A stretch of 64,000 bases of DNA from Mobula hypostoma (lineage: Eukaryota): positions 113,834,001-113,898,000 of the forward strand of contig NC_086108.1 of the NCBI RefSeq assembly GCF_963921235.1, read 5' to 3'. Below, one piece after another: positions 25,899 through 38,954 of this stretch (the stretch's first letter is position 1; every line of letters begins with the position of its first letter). The translations under genes were made by a program, and so were the position numbers. The notes below the pieces were generated by a model that ran no database searches, was not told where the DNA came from, and worked only from the letters and a program-made list of their open reading frames with translations.

Positions 25899-26202
25899 GG
25901 GCACCTGGCCAAGTGGTTAAGGCATTGGACTAGCGACCTGAAGGTCATGAGTTCATGTGTTGTGTCCTTGAGCAAGGCACTTCATCACACATTGCTCTGC
26001 GATGACACTGGTGCCAAGCTGTATGGGTCCTAATGCCCTTCCCTTGGACAACATTGGTGTTGTGGAGAGGGGAGACCTGCCGCATGGGCAACTGCTGGTG
26101 TTCCATACAACCTTGCCCAGGCCTGCAACCTGGATAGTGAAGACTTTCCAGGGGCAGATCCATGGTCTCGCAAGACTAACGGATGCCTTTAATGCTTAAT
26201 GC
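25899..26202 (+). mobile_element. tRNA-derived SINE with CORE-like centre and RTE-like 3' end
   Basis: A box TGGCCAAGTGG, truncated B box GAGTTCA, gtgtccttgagcaaggcactt motif, short repeat tail; ttaaag(g) duplicated on both sides. Confidence 0.7.
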
Positions 26203-26666
26203 TTAAAGGAACTTACCCAGCCTTACCTCACTGGGAGCAAGCTCGTCCTCAGCCTCAAAGCTCCACTCCTACCCTGAGCCACTCACACACTGGCCGCTCT
26301 TCAGTTACCCCTCCTTTTATTTGTCCCTGCCAATTATCTCAAGTACTCATTCCCTCTAATCAACTAATCAACACTCTGTTTAACCCTTCGGTTGCCCTCC
26401 ACGCTCCTTTTAAAGCACTCTCACCTCAGCTCCTTCCCAGCATTCAGCGCTCTCCCGAGCCCCTCGCTCCTCCTCCTGCTGCGACAGTCCAGCAATATCA
26501 TGGACGTGATTTGAAACAACCCGGAGCCTAGCACCTGGGAGGCAAACTGCCATCCAAGTTTCTTTCCTGCGTCCACAGAATTGCCTGTCTGAACCTCTAA
26601 CTATAGTGTCCTCTATCACTACTGCCTTTCTCTTCCTTTCCTTACCCTTCTGAGCCACAGGGCCGG

Positions 26667-27692
26667 ACTTCTTAGGCACTGGTATAATTGTTGCCTTTTT
26701 GAAGCAAGTGGCAACTTCCACCCGAGGCAGTGAGAGGTTGAAAATGTCCTTGAATACTCCTGCTAGTTGGTTGGCACAGGTTTTCAGAGCCCTACCAAGT
26801 ACTCCATCGGGACCTTCCGCCTTGCGAGAGTTCACCCTCTTTAAAGTCAGCCTAACATCAGCCTGAGACAGAGATCACGGGGTCATCAGGTGCAGCAGGG
26901 ATCTTCACAGCTGTAGTTCTGTTCTCCCTTTCAAAGTGGGCATAGAAAGCGTTAAGTTCATCTGGTAGTGATGCATCACTGCCATTCATGCTCTTGGGTT
27001 TTGCTTTGTTGGAAGTAATGTCTTGCAAACCCTGTCAGAGTTGCCGTGCATCCGATGTCGCCTCCAACCTCGTTCGAAATTGTCTCTTTGCCCTTGAAAT
27101 AGCCCTCCACAAATCATACCTGGTTTTCTGGTACAGGCCTGGGTCGCCAGACCTGAATGCCACAGACCTAGCCTTCAGCAGATGATGTACCTCCTGGTTT
27201 TGGTTTGGGTTTGGACGTACATTTTGGTTTGGGAATGTACAGTAAGTTTTTGTCGGCACACACTCATCCACACGGGTCTTAATGAAGTCGGTAACAACTG
27301 CAGCATACTTATCCAGGTTCGAAGATGAATCCCTGAATATCATCCAGTCACCGACTCAAAGCAGTCCTGTAAGCACTCCTGTGCTTCCCTTGTCCATACC
27401 TTCTTGGTCTTCATTACTGGTGTTGCAGTCTTCAGTCTCTGTCTATACTCATGGATTAGAAGTACAGCCAGATGATCAGACTTCCCAAAGTGAGGGCGTG
27501 GAATAGCACGGTAGTCATTCTTGATGGTGGTGTAGCAATGGTCCAGTGTGTTGTTTCCTCTGGGATTACAAGTGATGGTAATTTCTTGGTGATTTTTTCA
27601 GACTTCCCTGGTTAAAATCTCGTAAAACAATGGTGAAGGCATTAGGGTGCACTGTTTCCTGAATATTGATCCTGTTGCTCAGATCATTTAAA
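26667..27692 (-). mobile_element. Rex1/Babar-like LINE A, 5' part (probably the same copy as 15071-16082)
   Basis: [40 protein letters not shown] and VVTDFIK..DECVPTK motifs. Confidence 0.75.
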
Positions 27693-28180
27693 GCCCAATC
27701 ATAAAGCCAAAGCTACAAAGGCATGGCTTAAAACAACAAAGTTAATGTCCTGGAGTGGCCAAGTCAGAGTCAGATGTCAATCCCATTGAGAATTGGTGGC
27801 TGGACTTGAAAAGGGCTGTTCACTCACAATCACCATGCAATCTGATAGAGTTTCAGGAGGTTTGGAAAGAAGAATGGGGGAAAATTGCAGTGTCCAGATT
27901 TGCAAAGCTGAGAGACCTATCCACACAGACTTAAGGTTGTAATTGGTGCCAAAGGTGCATTTACTAAATACTGCCTTGAAGGGGGTCAATACTATTGCAA
28001 TCAATTATTTTCTGCATTATATTTGTAATTTCTTTGTTGAGATCTGTTTTCACTCTGACATGAAAGAGTCTTTTTCTGTTCATCAGTGTCAAAAAAGCCA
28101 AATTAAATCCAGTGATTCAATGTTGTAAAACAATAAAACGTGAAAACTTCAAAAGGGGTGAATACTTTTTATGGGCACTG
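27693..28180 (+). mobile_element. Tc1 DNA transposon, right half
   Basis: Continues the transposase (HKAKAT...NVLEWPSQS...NPIEN); ~200 bp right TIR ending ...gggcactg followed by TA. The two halves sum to ~1.58 kb. Confidence 0.92.
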
Positions 28181-29506
28181 TATGCCAATCTGTAACTTTG
28201 CTACAAGTTCCTCTACCTTATTCCATATACTGAGTACATTCAAATGTAACATCTTCAGTCCTGTATTCACCCTTTCCGATTTTGTCCGTCACTGCATTGA
28301 GTTGATATTGCAATTCATCCTGTTGACTGCAAATTTGCCCTATCAACAGCTTCTACTTACACGGAGTCTCACAACACATTGTCTCAGTTTGTTAACTAAC
28401 TACCACATCTTCAACACCCTCACTCCACTTTCCATACCCCCCCACCAAATTGGTTTAAATCCTCCCAAACAAATCTAGCCATCCTGCAAGGATATTGGAC
28501 CACTTGGGTTCAGGTGTAACCCATCCCTTTTGAAAAGGTCGTACCTTCCCCAGAGGAGATCCCATTGATCCATAAATCTGAACCTCTGCCTCCTTCACCA
28601 ATTCCTCAGCCACACATTTACCTGCCAGATTATCTTATTCTTACCCTCACAGGCACATGACACAGGTAGTAATCAAGAGATTTCCATCCTGGAAGTCCTG
28701 TTTCACAGCTTTCTACCTAGCTCCCTATAATCTCTCTTCACAACCTCCTCACTTTGTCTACCTGTCATTGGTGCCAATATGCACTAAGACTTCTGACTGC
28801 TCACCCTCCCTTTTGAGAATGCCATGGACCCTATCCAAGACATCCCTGATCTTAGCTAAAAGGAGGCAACATACCATCCGGGTATCTCTATCACACCCAC
28901 AGAACTTCATCTCTGTTCCTCTGACTATGGTATCTCCTATCAACACTGCAGTCCTCTTCACATGAGCCACAGCACCAGACTCACTGCCAGAGACCTGGTC
29001 AGTATGGCTCCTCCCGGTAGGTCATCAACCTCAATAGTATCTCAAATTGTACACGTTATTGAGGGAAACAGCCACATGTGTACTCTGCACTGGCTGTACA
29101 ATTCACCTCCTTCTCCTGAGTCACCCAGTTACCTGTCTCCTGCAATCTAGGGGTGACTACCTCTCTGTAGTTCCTGTCTCTCGCCTCTTCATTCTCCCGT
29201 ATGTTCCTTAATACATTCTCTCAGGAGCTGCAGCTCAGTGCACCTAGTCCAGTCTCCCAGACTTCCCACATCCCGCACACAGTACAAAACACTGCCCCGG
29301 AGCCATTCTCACCATACTAGTATGCCTTAGTAGATGAGGAATGAATAAATAAGAACAGGAAGAGAGTAACTGCCAAGATATTTTACCTCACTCAAGCCTG
29401 ATCTTGCCTAAACCTGATGAACCAAAGCCGCTCTAAATACTGGCACACTCACAACAATGGTTGCTCCACTTGCACTTGAGTTATTTTTAATCAGCACTTT
29501 CTAATG
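28181..29506 (-). mobile_element. CR1 LINE 'a', 5' part (APE start, ORF1 esterase, 5'UTR)
   Basis: AVLIGDTIVRG...MVCC...VLVHIGTND; sequence continuous with 13977 across the Tc1. Confidence 0.8.
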
Positions 29507-32500
29507 AATCCATCTCCCAATCATATCCATCATTTCGCCATGACTCGGTGATGGCCACAATGTCATATCTTTTAACCTGTAGTTGTACAACAAGGTCATC
29601 CACTTTATTTCTAATGCTGCATGCATTTAGGTCAGTATCTGTTACCGATTTTGCTATATTTCTATCGCACAGCAAATTATCCTGACTATTCACCTGCCTG
29701 TCCTTCTTGACATCTTTGCTGCACAGTATCTTCGACTTATTTCTATTTTCCTCTTCCTCGACCCTAACACCCTGGTTTCCTTCCCCCTGACAACTTAGTT
29801 TAAACCCCCCCTAACAACTATATTAAACAATCCCGCCAGGATATTAGTACCCTCTGAGTTCAGGTGTAACCCACTGTTTTTGTATAAGTCATAGCACGCC
29901 CAAAATAGACCCCAATGATCCAAGAATTTGAAGTCCTACCCCCTGCACCAGTTACTTAGCCACACATTCACCTGCATTCACCTGTAACGAAACCAAATTT
30001 CCCTCGGGATTGATAAAGTATATCTATCTATCTATTAATTCTGCTATTCTTACCTTCATTAGCGCATGGCTCAGGTAGCAATCCCAAGATTATTACTCTG
30101 GAGGTCTGGCTTTTCAATTTTCTTCTGAGCTCCCAGTAATCTTCCTTCAAGACCTCCTCTCATTTTCTGTCCATGTCATTGGTACCAACATGTACCAAGA
30201 CTTGCGGCTGCTCGCCCTCTCGTGTCAGTATACTCTGGACCCGATCTAAGACATCCCGTACCCTGGCACCAGGGAGGCAACACACCATCCGGGTATCCTT
30301 GTCCGGCTCGCAGAATCTCTTGTCTGTTCCCCTCACTATGGAATCCCCTATAACTACTGCATTTCTCATGCAGGATACACAGTGTATAGAAAAGACAGAA
30401 AGGTAGGTAAAGTGGATGGCGTGGCCCTGATAGTAAGCAACGATATCAAACCACTAGAAAGAAGGGACATAGGATCAGAAGAGATAGAATCCTTATGGGT
30501 CGAGTTAAGAAATGGCAAGGGTAAAAAGACACCTAGCCGTTATATACAGGCCTCCAAAGAGCAGCCAGGATGTGGACTACAAGTTACAGCTGGAAATAGA
30601 AAAGGCGTGTCAGAAGGAAAATGTCAAGATAATTACGGGGGATTTTAATATGAAAGTGGATTGGGAAAGTCAAGAAGGTACTGGAAATCAGGAGAGGGAG
30701 TTTGTAGAATGCTTACGGGATGGCTTTTTGGAGCAGTTTCTCCATAAGCCCACCAGAGGATCGGCTGTTTTGGATTGGGTGCTGTGTAATGAACCTGAGG
30801 TGATTAGGGAGCTAGAGGTAGTGGAACCCCTTGGAAGTAGTGATCATAATATGATTGAGTTCAGTTTCAAATTTGAAAAGGAGAAGCTGGTATCAGGTGT
30901 ATCAATATTTCAGTGGAACAAAGGAAATTACAGTGGTATGAGAGAGGAACTAGCCCAAGTTGATTGGAAAAGTAAGCTAGATGGAGGGATGGTCGAGCAG
31001 AATTGGATGAAATTCCTACAAGAAATAAGGAAAGTGCAGGAAAAATATATTCCAAGAAAAAAGAAAATCATGAATGGAAAAACGGCACAAATGAGGCTAA
31101 TGAGAGAGGTTAAGGCTAAAATAAAAGCAAAAGAGACGACGTACAAGGAAGCAAAAATTAGTGGGAAAACTGAGGACTAGATGACTTTTAAAAACTTACA
31201 GAAGGAAACTAAGAGAGTCATTAGGAAACAAAAGATGAATTATGAAAGGAAGTTGGCAACTAACATAAAAAAGGATACTAAGAGTTTTTTTTAAATATAT
31301 GAATAGTAAAAGAATGACACGGTTAGATATAGGACTGATTGAAAATGATGCTAGAGGAATTATAATGGGTAGCAAAGAGATGGCAGAGGAACTAAATGAG
31401 TATTTTGCATCAGTCTTCACAGTGGAAGACATTAGCAACATACCTGATAACCAGAGGTTTCAATGAATAGAATTAGGTACAGTCAAGATTACTAGAGAGA
31501 AAGTGCTTAGGAAGCTAAATGGACTAAGAATAGATAAGTCTCCCGGACCGGATGAGGTGCACGCATGGGTTCTGAAGGAGGTGGCTTTGGAAATGATCTT
31601 CCAGGAATCAATAGACCCTGGCATGGTTCCGGAGGACTGGAAGGCAAGGTCGCAAATGTAGTTCGGTTGTTTAAGAAAGGAGGGAGTCAGCAAAAAGAAA
31701 ATTACAGACCTATTAGTCTGACATCGGTAGTTGGTAAGTTATTGGAGTCGATCCTCAAGGACGAGGTTATGAAATACCTCGAGGTGCATGACAAGATAGG
31801 CCCAAACCAGCATGGTTTCATGAAGTGACTATCCTGCTTCACCAACTTATTGGAATTTTTTGAGGTAATTTCAAATAAGATTTTGTCAAGGGGGAGGCAG
31901 CGAATGTTGTGCCTTTGGATTTTCAAAAGGCCTTCCATAAGGTGTCGCATAAGAGGCTGCTTAATAAGATGAGAGCCCATGAAATAACAGGAAAGATATT
32001 GGAATGGGTGGAGCATTGGCTGATAGGCAGAAAGCAAAGGGTGGGAATAAAGGGATCCTATTCTGATTGGTTGCCGGTTACAAGTGGTGTTCCGCAGGGG
32101 TCGATGTTGGGGCCACTTCTTTTTACAATGTATATCAATGATTTAGATTATGGATTAAATGGTTTTCTGGCTAAGTTTGCGGATGACACCAAGACAGGTG
32201 GAGGAGCAGGAAGTGTTGAAGATACAGAAAGGTTGCAGACAGACTTGGTCAGTTTGGGACAGTGGGCAAAGAAATAGCAGATGAGATACAATGTTGAGAA
32301 ATATATGGTTGTACATTTTGGAAGATGAAATAATCAGGCAGATTATTATTTAGATAGGGAGAAAATTCAAAAATCCTCAGTGCAAAGGGACTTGGGGGGT
32401 CTTCGTGCAGGATACCCTAAGGTTAACCACCAGGTTGGATCGGCAGTAAGGAAAGCGAATGCTATGTTAGCATTCATTTCAAGAGGAATAGTGTATAAGA

Positions 32501-33105
32501 GTAAGGAGGTGTGGATGAGGCTATATGGGGCACTGGTGAGACCTCATCTAGAATACTGTGTACAGTTTTGGGCCCCCTAGCTTAGAAGGGATGTACTGAT
32601 ATTGGAAAGAGTTCAGAGAAGATTTACGAGGATGATTCCTGGAATGCAGGGGCTAACATATGAGGAGCGTTTGTCCACTCTTGGACTGTATTCTTTCAGG
32701 TATAGAAGAAAGAGAGGGGATCTCATAGAAACACTTCATATGTTGAAAGGGTTGGACAGGGTAGATGTGGAAAGGCTGTTTCCATTGGTGGGTGAGTCCA
32801 GGACAAGAGGCCATAGTCTTAGAATTAGAGGATACCCATTTAAAACAGAGATAGGGAGAAATTTTTTTAGCCAGAGGGTCGTGGATTTATGGAATTTGTT
32901 GCCACATACAGCTGTGGAGGCCTGATCATTGAGAGTGTTTAAGGAGGGGATTGATAGGTATCTGATTAGTCAGGGTATCAAGGGATATGGGGAAAAAGCC
33001 GGAAACTGGAACTAGATGGGAGAATAGTTTAACTCAGGGTGGAGTGGCGGAGCAGACTCGATGGGCTGAATGGCCTACTTCTGCTCCTTTGTCTTGTGAT
33101 CTTGC
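29507..33105. mobile_element. CR1 LINE with inverted 5' segment (minus 29507-30367; plus 30368-33105)
   Basis: Minus part: ORF1 esterase plus APE start ending at YDWE. Plus part: starts at QGYTVYRKDR, runs through RT to a (cttgt)-type tail. Confidence 0.88.
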
Positions 33106-35139
33106 TGATCCCAATCTCCATCCTAATTGAAAGGTAGCTCTTTTTGTGCACCATCTCTGATATATCTGCTATCTCTAATCTTCAGCCACTCCACTAAAGT
33201 CAACACCTGGAACTAACCATTTCTGTTTCAACCCTCATCATTTATATACTTCATCAATTTTCACCTTAGTTTTTTTTGGTTTTGGATAATGAAAGACAGG
33301 ATAATCTACAAAACAGCATTATCAAAACCAGGACAGAATGATCATACAAGAAATATCTCAGAAAGAACATGAATAACATAATGAAAAAGGATGATAAAAC
33401 TTGGGCAATATATACACAGTGTTTCTTCTTGGGGAAGAACAATGATATAAAATCACTACAAAATCAAACCAGGAACTGAAAAAACTTTAGAGATTGCACA
33501 ACTTTAATACCACAAGGAATGGTTGTAGCAAATAACCAGATTCAGTTGAGGGGGAGATGATTAAATAAATGAAGGAAAAAAAGGGAATTGAGGGTGACAT
33601 TGCCTACAGAAGTAGTGAAACCACATTCTACTAAAGCTGTCAATACAGAACTGGGTAAATATATTGTGAGAACAAATTTACAGAGAAGGAACCCAGGAAT
33701 GGAACTACAATCTTTCTTTAATACAGGACCTACCTGACTACAATGGGCCAAATGGTCTCCTCTTATGCAGTGACCATTCAATAATTCCACAAATATTTAT
33801 TGCTGGAAGGATGAGAGAGGCTTAAACAACCAATTGGATAGTTTACATACAACCCAATGGAATAAACAATGAGACTTTCAAAGTCAGGTACAGTAACTCA
33901 CCTCCCTATCCCTCAATCCAATATCAGTTCCTATATTTTATGGTCCTATCCCCCACTACTTCTACACTGGTAATCTTTCCTCTTCGTCCTGATGCAGAGT
34001 TTCTACCCAAGATGTTGACTTGTACCTTTTGCCTCCAATGGTGCTGTCTGTACCACTCTGATTTTGTCCTGTTTACTATATTCAATCCCATTACCATCAA
34101 ACAGCCCCTTACACAGTGTCCAAGAACACAATTCCAGGTGGATACTTGCACAAAATATGCCCAGTCTCCATCACATGTACATCAAAACATACAGTGGAAC
34201 ATACTGCTCGTGTTAACAACCAATGCACCGAAGGATGTGTTGGAAGCAACCCACAGCACCAACATAGCAAAGCCACAATGTTCAAAAGACAAGCAACAAC
34301 TAAAACAAGACAACAACAGTAGGAACCATGTCATAGATGGTTCATAACCACTTGTTAACATAATTTGAGAATTAAAATAAATCAAGTATGGTTGTATCTT
34401 ATATCACAGTATATATTTTTGCCTTGAAATTGAAGCTTACCTTTTTTTGGTGCACAAAACAAATGCTGTGCACAATAATAAACTCACTCAAATCACCCAG
34501 AAATAATTCACAAAGCTGGGAAAAGATAAAGTAGGGCTACAGCATTTCCACAGACATTCATGCAGTAGGAGGCATAAATCAAGTGGGCTGCCAGAGATTT
34601 TTATCCCAGGGTGGAAATGGTTAATATCAGGGGGCATAACTTTAAGTTGACTTATAGAAAGCACGGTGGGGATGTCAGAGGTATGCTCTTTTTTTTACAC
34701 AGAAGAGCGGTGCCTGAGTGGAACGTGCAGCCAGAGGCAATGAGAGGATATTTAAGAAGCTCTTAGGCACATGGACGATAGAAAATTGGAGGGCTATATA
34801 GGAGGGAAGAGTTAGATTGATCCTGGAGTAGGTTAAAAGATGCTGCGATGTTCTACATTCCATGTTCTAAAACTAGATCTGAATGCAAAGCTGTTGTGGT
34901 ATTGGTACGCTGACTGGCAGGAAGTAAGTAAATGTTTAAAGAACCCTGTTGAGTGACACAGTGCCACTGTATCGACTGCAGCCGCCTCTACCAACACAGG
35001 CTCAATTCTTAACTCCTGTGCAGCCCTCACTTTCTTCTAGTGACCACCTATATTTCTCCATGGTGTTTTGGTTTACTTCTACAATACTTTACACACAAGA
35101 TATGCTGGTCCTTAATATAGCTGAGAGAGGCTGTACTTG

Positions 35140-37697
35140 ATCTGGTATTGGAAATGAACCTGGTCAGGTGTCAGATCTCCCAGTGGGAGAGCATTTTGGA
35201 GACAGTGATCACAATTCTATCTCCTTTACCATAGCATTGGAGAGAGATAGGAACAGACAAGTTAGGATAGCGTTTAATTGGAGTAAGGGGATATATCAGG
35301 CTATCAAGCGGGAGCTTGGAAGCATAAATTGGGAACATATGTTCTCAGGGAATTGTACAGAAGGGATGTGGCAAATATTCAGGGGATACTTGCGTGGAGT
35401 TCTGCATAGGTATGTTCCAATGACACAAGGAAAGAATGGAAGGGTACAGGATGCGCTGGAGCTTTTGAAAAGCATCAAGTTGGATAAGTCACTGGGACCA
35501 GATGAGGTGTACCCCTGGCTACTGTGGGAGGCAAGGGAGGAGATTGCTGAGCCTCTGGCGATGATCTTGCATCATCAATGGCAACGGGAGAGGTTCCGGA
35601 GGAATGGAAGGTTGCGGATGTTGTTCCATTATTCAAGAAAGGGAGTAGAGATAGCCCAGGAAATTATACACCAGTGAGTCTTACTTCAGTGGTCGGTATA
35701 TTGAGAGGGAAGGTCCTGAGAGGCAGGATTTTTCAACATTTGGAGAGGGATATGATTAGGAATAGTCAGCACGGCTTTGTCAAGGGCAGGTCGAGCCTTA
35801 CGAGTCTGATTGAATTTTTTGAGGATGTGACTGAACACACTAATGAGGATAGAGCAGTAGATCAGTTCAGTTTTCATTTATTGTCATTTAGGAATGCATG
35901 CATTAAAAAATGACACAACATTCCTCCAGAATGATATCACAAGAAAACACAGGACAAACCAAGACTAAAACTGACAAAACCATATAATTATAACATATAA
36001 TTACAACAGTGCAAAGCAATACCATAATTTGATAAAGAGCAGACCATGGGCACAGTAAAAAAAATCTCAAAGTTCCGATAGACTCATCATCCCATGCAGA
36101 CAGTAGAAAGGAGAAACTCTCCCTGCCATGAACGTCCAAGAGCTGCCAACTCGCCGATGCAGCACCATTGGAAGCACCCGACCGCAGCGGCTCCAAGTCC
36201 ATCCGAAAATTTCGAGCCTCCGACCAGACCCTCCGACACAGCCTCTCTGAGCACCATTCTCTGCCGAGCACTTCAACCCCGCCCCAGCCGCCGAGCAACA
36301 AGCAAAGCTGAGGACTCAAGGCCTTATCCTTCAGAGATTCTGGACCACACAGTAGCAGCAGCAGCGAAGCAGGCATTTCAGAAGTTTCACCAGATGTTCC
36401 TCCGTGCTCTCACATCCGTCTCCATCAGATCAGGATTGTGCACGGCACCCTACTTGACAAATGACAGATATCACCACTGGAGTGGCCGCTGCGAGCTGCG
36501 TCGCGCCGCCATCTTCCTGCAAAATGATGTAGATGTAGTGTATAGGGATTTCAGCAAGGCATTTGACAAGGTACCCCATGCAAGGCTTATCGAGAAAGTG
36601 AAGCATAGGATCCAAGGGGACAATGCTTTGTGGATCCAGAACTGGCTTGCCCACAGAAGGGAAAGAGTGGTTCGAGATGGGTCATATTCTGCATGGAGTT
36701 CGGTTACCAGTAATGTGTCTCAGGGATCTTTTCTGGGACCCTTACTCTTCGTGATTTTTATAAATGACCTGGATGGAGAAGTGGTGGGATGGGTTAGTAA
36801 ACTTGCTGATGACACAAAGATTGGGGGTGTCGTGGATAGTGTGGAGGACTGTCAGAGGTTACAGCAGGACATTGATAGGATGCAAAAATGGGCTGAGAAG
36901 TGGCAGATGGAGTTCAACCCAGATAAGTGTGAGGTTGTTCATTTTGGTAGGTCAAATATGATGGCAGTTTACAGTATTATTGGTGAGACTCTTGGCAGTG
37001 TGGAGGATCAGAAGGATCTTGGGGTCCGAGTCCATAGGACACTCAAAGCTGCTATGCAGTGACTCTGTGGTTAAGAAAGCATATGATGCATTGGCTTTCA
37101 TTCATCGTGGGATTGAGTTTAGGAGCCCAGAGGTAATGGTGCAGCTATATAGGACCCTGGTCAGACCCCACTTGGAGTACTGTGCTCAGTTCTGGTCGCC
37201 TCACTATAGGAAGGATATGGAAAACATAGAAAAGGTGCAGAGGAGATTTACAAGGATGTTGCCTGGATTAGGGATCATGCCTTATGAGAACAGGTAGAGC
37301 AAACTCAGCCTTTTTCCCTGGAGCAACAGCAGATGAGAGGTGACCTGATGGAGGTGTATAAGATGCATTGATCGTGTGGATAGTCAGAGGTTTTACCCAG
37401 GGCTGAACTGGCTAGCATGAGAGGGCACAGTTTTAAGGTGCTTGGAAGTAGGTACAAAGATGACAGGGGTAAGTTTTTTTTTTATGCAGAGAGTGGTGAG
37501 TGCGTGGGCTGCCGGCGATGGTGGTGGAGGCGGATATGATAGGGACTTTTAAGAGACTCCTGAACAGGTATATGGAGCTCAGAAAAATAGAAATAAAATA
37601 GAAGCTAAGGGTAACCCCAGATAATTTCTAAGGCATGTTCCGCACAGCTTTATGGGCTGAAGGGCCTGTATTGTGCTGTATATTTTCTATATTTCTA
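35140..37697 (+). mobile_element. CR1 LINE, 5'-truncated, internally deleted, interrupted at 35864-36527
   Basis: GEHFGDSDHN, KSLGPD, DFSKAFDKVPH and LADDTK motifs; (TTTCTA)-type tail. Confidence 0.88.
35864..36527 (-). mobile_element. Non-autonomous short retroposon (GC/CpG-rich, aagatggcg start, ctgaa-type tail)
   Basis: Splits the CR1 RT; gtagat duplicated on both sides; no recognisable coding motif. Confidence 0.65.
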
Positions 37698-37699
37698 AC

Positions 37700-38580
37700 T
37701 GACTGCTCCCCAGAGGGTGGAGCATGGGATGATGGCACCTAGCGGCAACTCCTTTGCTTGCATCTTCGGAAACAGCTCTTTTTCTATCTTTAAAACTACT
37801 TTTTTTCCTTTTCGGGGTTCTTTTGAAGACCCTGATCCACTCGGTTCTTTGCAGGAATGGAACCCACTCTCAGAGCCTCATGACTGGCCACCTTTCCATA
37901 TGCCAATGACGCAGAATGAAAGACTAGCATGCCTTCCGGGTGCTGGATTTTAGTGGCTCTGGAGGCAAGCGGGTTCGAGGTCGGTGTTGTCGCAGAAAAC
38001 TGGTGTGTCGCTCTCGGGGCACACAGATCGTAAGCAGTGAGCTGGCTGCTGGCTGTGTGCCTGAGAGTGATGCAACAGACTTTTAACACAATAATAGGCC
38101 AGTTGTTTTGTTATGTCTCCCTTCTCACTGTGAAACACATACACCTCTTCTTCCCTTATTGGTGGGGGGCGGGGGGGGGAGAGAGAGAGCCTGTTATGTC
38201 GAATTACCAGGCGAACAAGTAGTCTTTGGGGTACTGCAAGTCTGTGTCTTTATTTGCGCCTCTTCCTATAGATGCTGCCTGGCCTGCTGCGTTCACCAGC
38301 AACTTTGATGTGTGTTGCTGTGTCTTTATTGATGCTTTGCTACACGCTTGAGTGCTTGGTGGAAGGTGCAGATACTTTTTTGCTGGTGGGGGGGGTTGTC
38401 ACCTTGCTGCTGCTTATGTGTGGGAGGGGGGAACTGGGGGCTGCTTTGGGGTTCTAACTTTTAACTGTCGTTCATTCTTTGGGGCACTCCTCTGTTTTCG
38501 TGGTTGTTTGCAAAGAAAAAGAATTTCAGGATATATATTGTATACATTTCTCTGACATTAAATGAACCTATTGAAACTTA
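37700..38580 (+). repeat. Older non-autonomous retroposon-like repeat
   Basis: gatggc-type start, T-rich body and cattaaatgaacc...tt tail, similar in style to 35864-36527. Confidence 0.45.
38255..38317 (+). mobile_element. 63-bp Penelope-like terminal insertion
   Basis: Matches the PLE arm end (gatgctgcctggcctgctgcgttcaccagcaactttgatgtgtgttg); 13-bp TSD ctgtgtctttatt at 38242-38254 and 38318-38330. Confidence 0.85.
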
Positions 38581-38954
38581 TTGCTGCAAATTGCCAGGTA
38601 AGTACCTGGTGGCAGTATTAGCAGAGTGTTAATGGACACAATTAGGCAAATGAGTGGTCCGAAGTAATTGTATCAAGGGCCAGTGACGGCAGTTTGCAGT
38701 TTACAACTGACTTTAAGTTTAAGGTAGAAAGGGGAACCAGAGTGCTGATTGTCTCAGTCCGAAATGGTACACGAAGTGTTCCTAACAAGTTTTTCATGTA
38801 CAACGAAGGTCAAGGGCTACAAAAAACCTCATTTCTGCTGGCAGTGAAAGAGATATCTACAGTTCCGGATCATTTCTGACATCTTTAGGGGTACAACTGA
38901 CACTAGGCAAACAGCAGCTATATTAAGGTGAATCATACACAGAACACAGGGCTA

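Larger units (their letters stand above)
20772..26493 (-). mobile_element. Near full-length CR1 LINE 'c' (5'UTR, ORF1 Cys-rich + SGNH esterase, ORF2 APE-RT)
   Basis: ORF1 CSVCGMW...CKRC and CCLPAARV..HVGTND; ORF2 YFNARS, SETW, GDF, SDH, RT FADD; a few frameshifts; atat duplicated at the junctions. Confidence 0.9.

Noticed and set aside
25899..25960. tRNA gene
   Set aside because: The T-arm and acceptor stem are incomplete; this is a SINE head. The same applies at 53274.
36094..37062. 322-aa ORF as a novel RT fusion gene
   Set aside because: Chance read-through from the antisense strand of an inserted repeat into a decayed CR1 RT.
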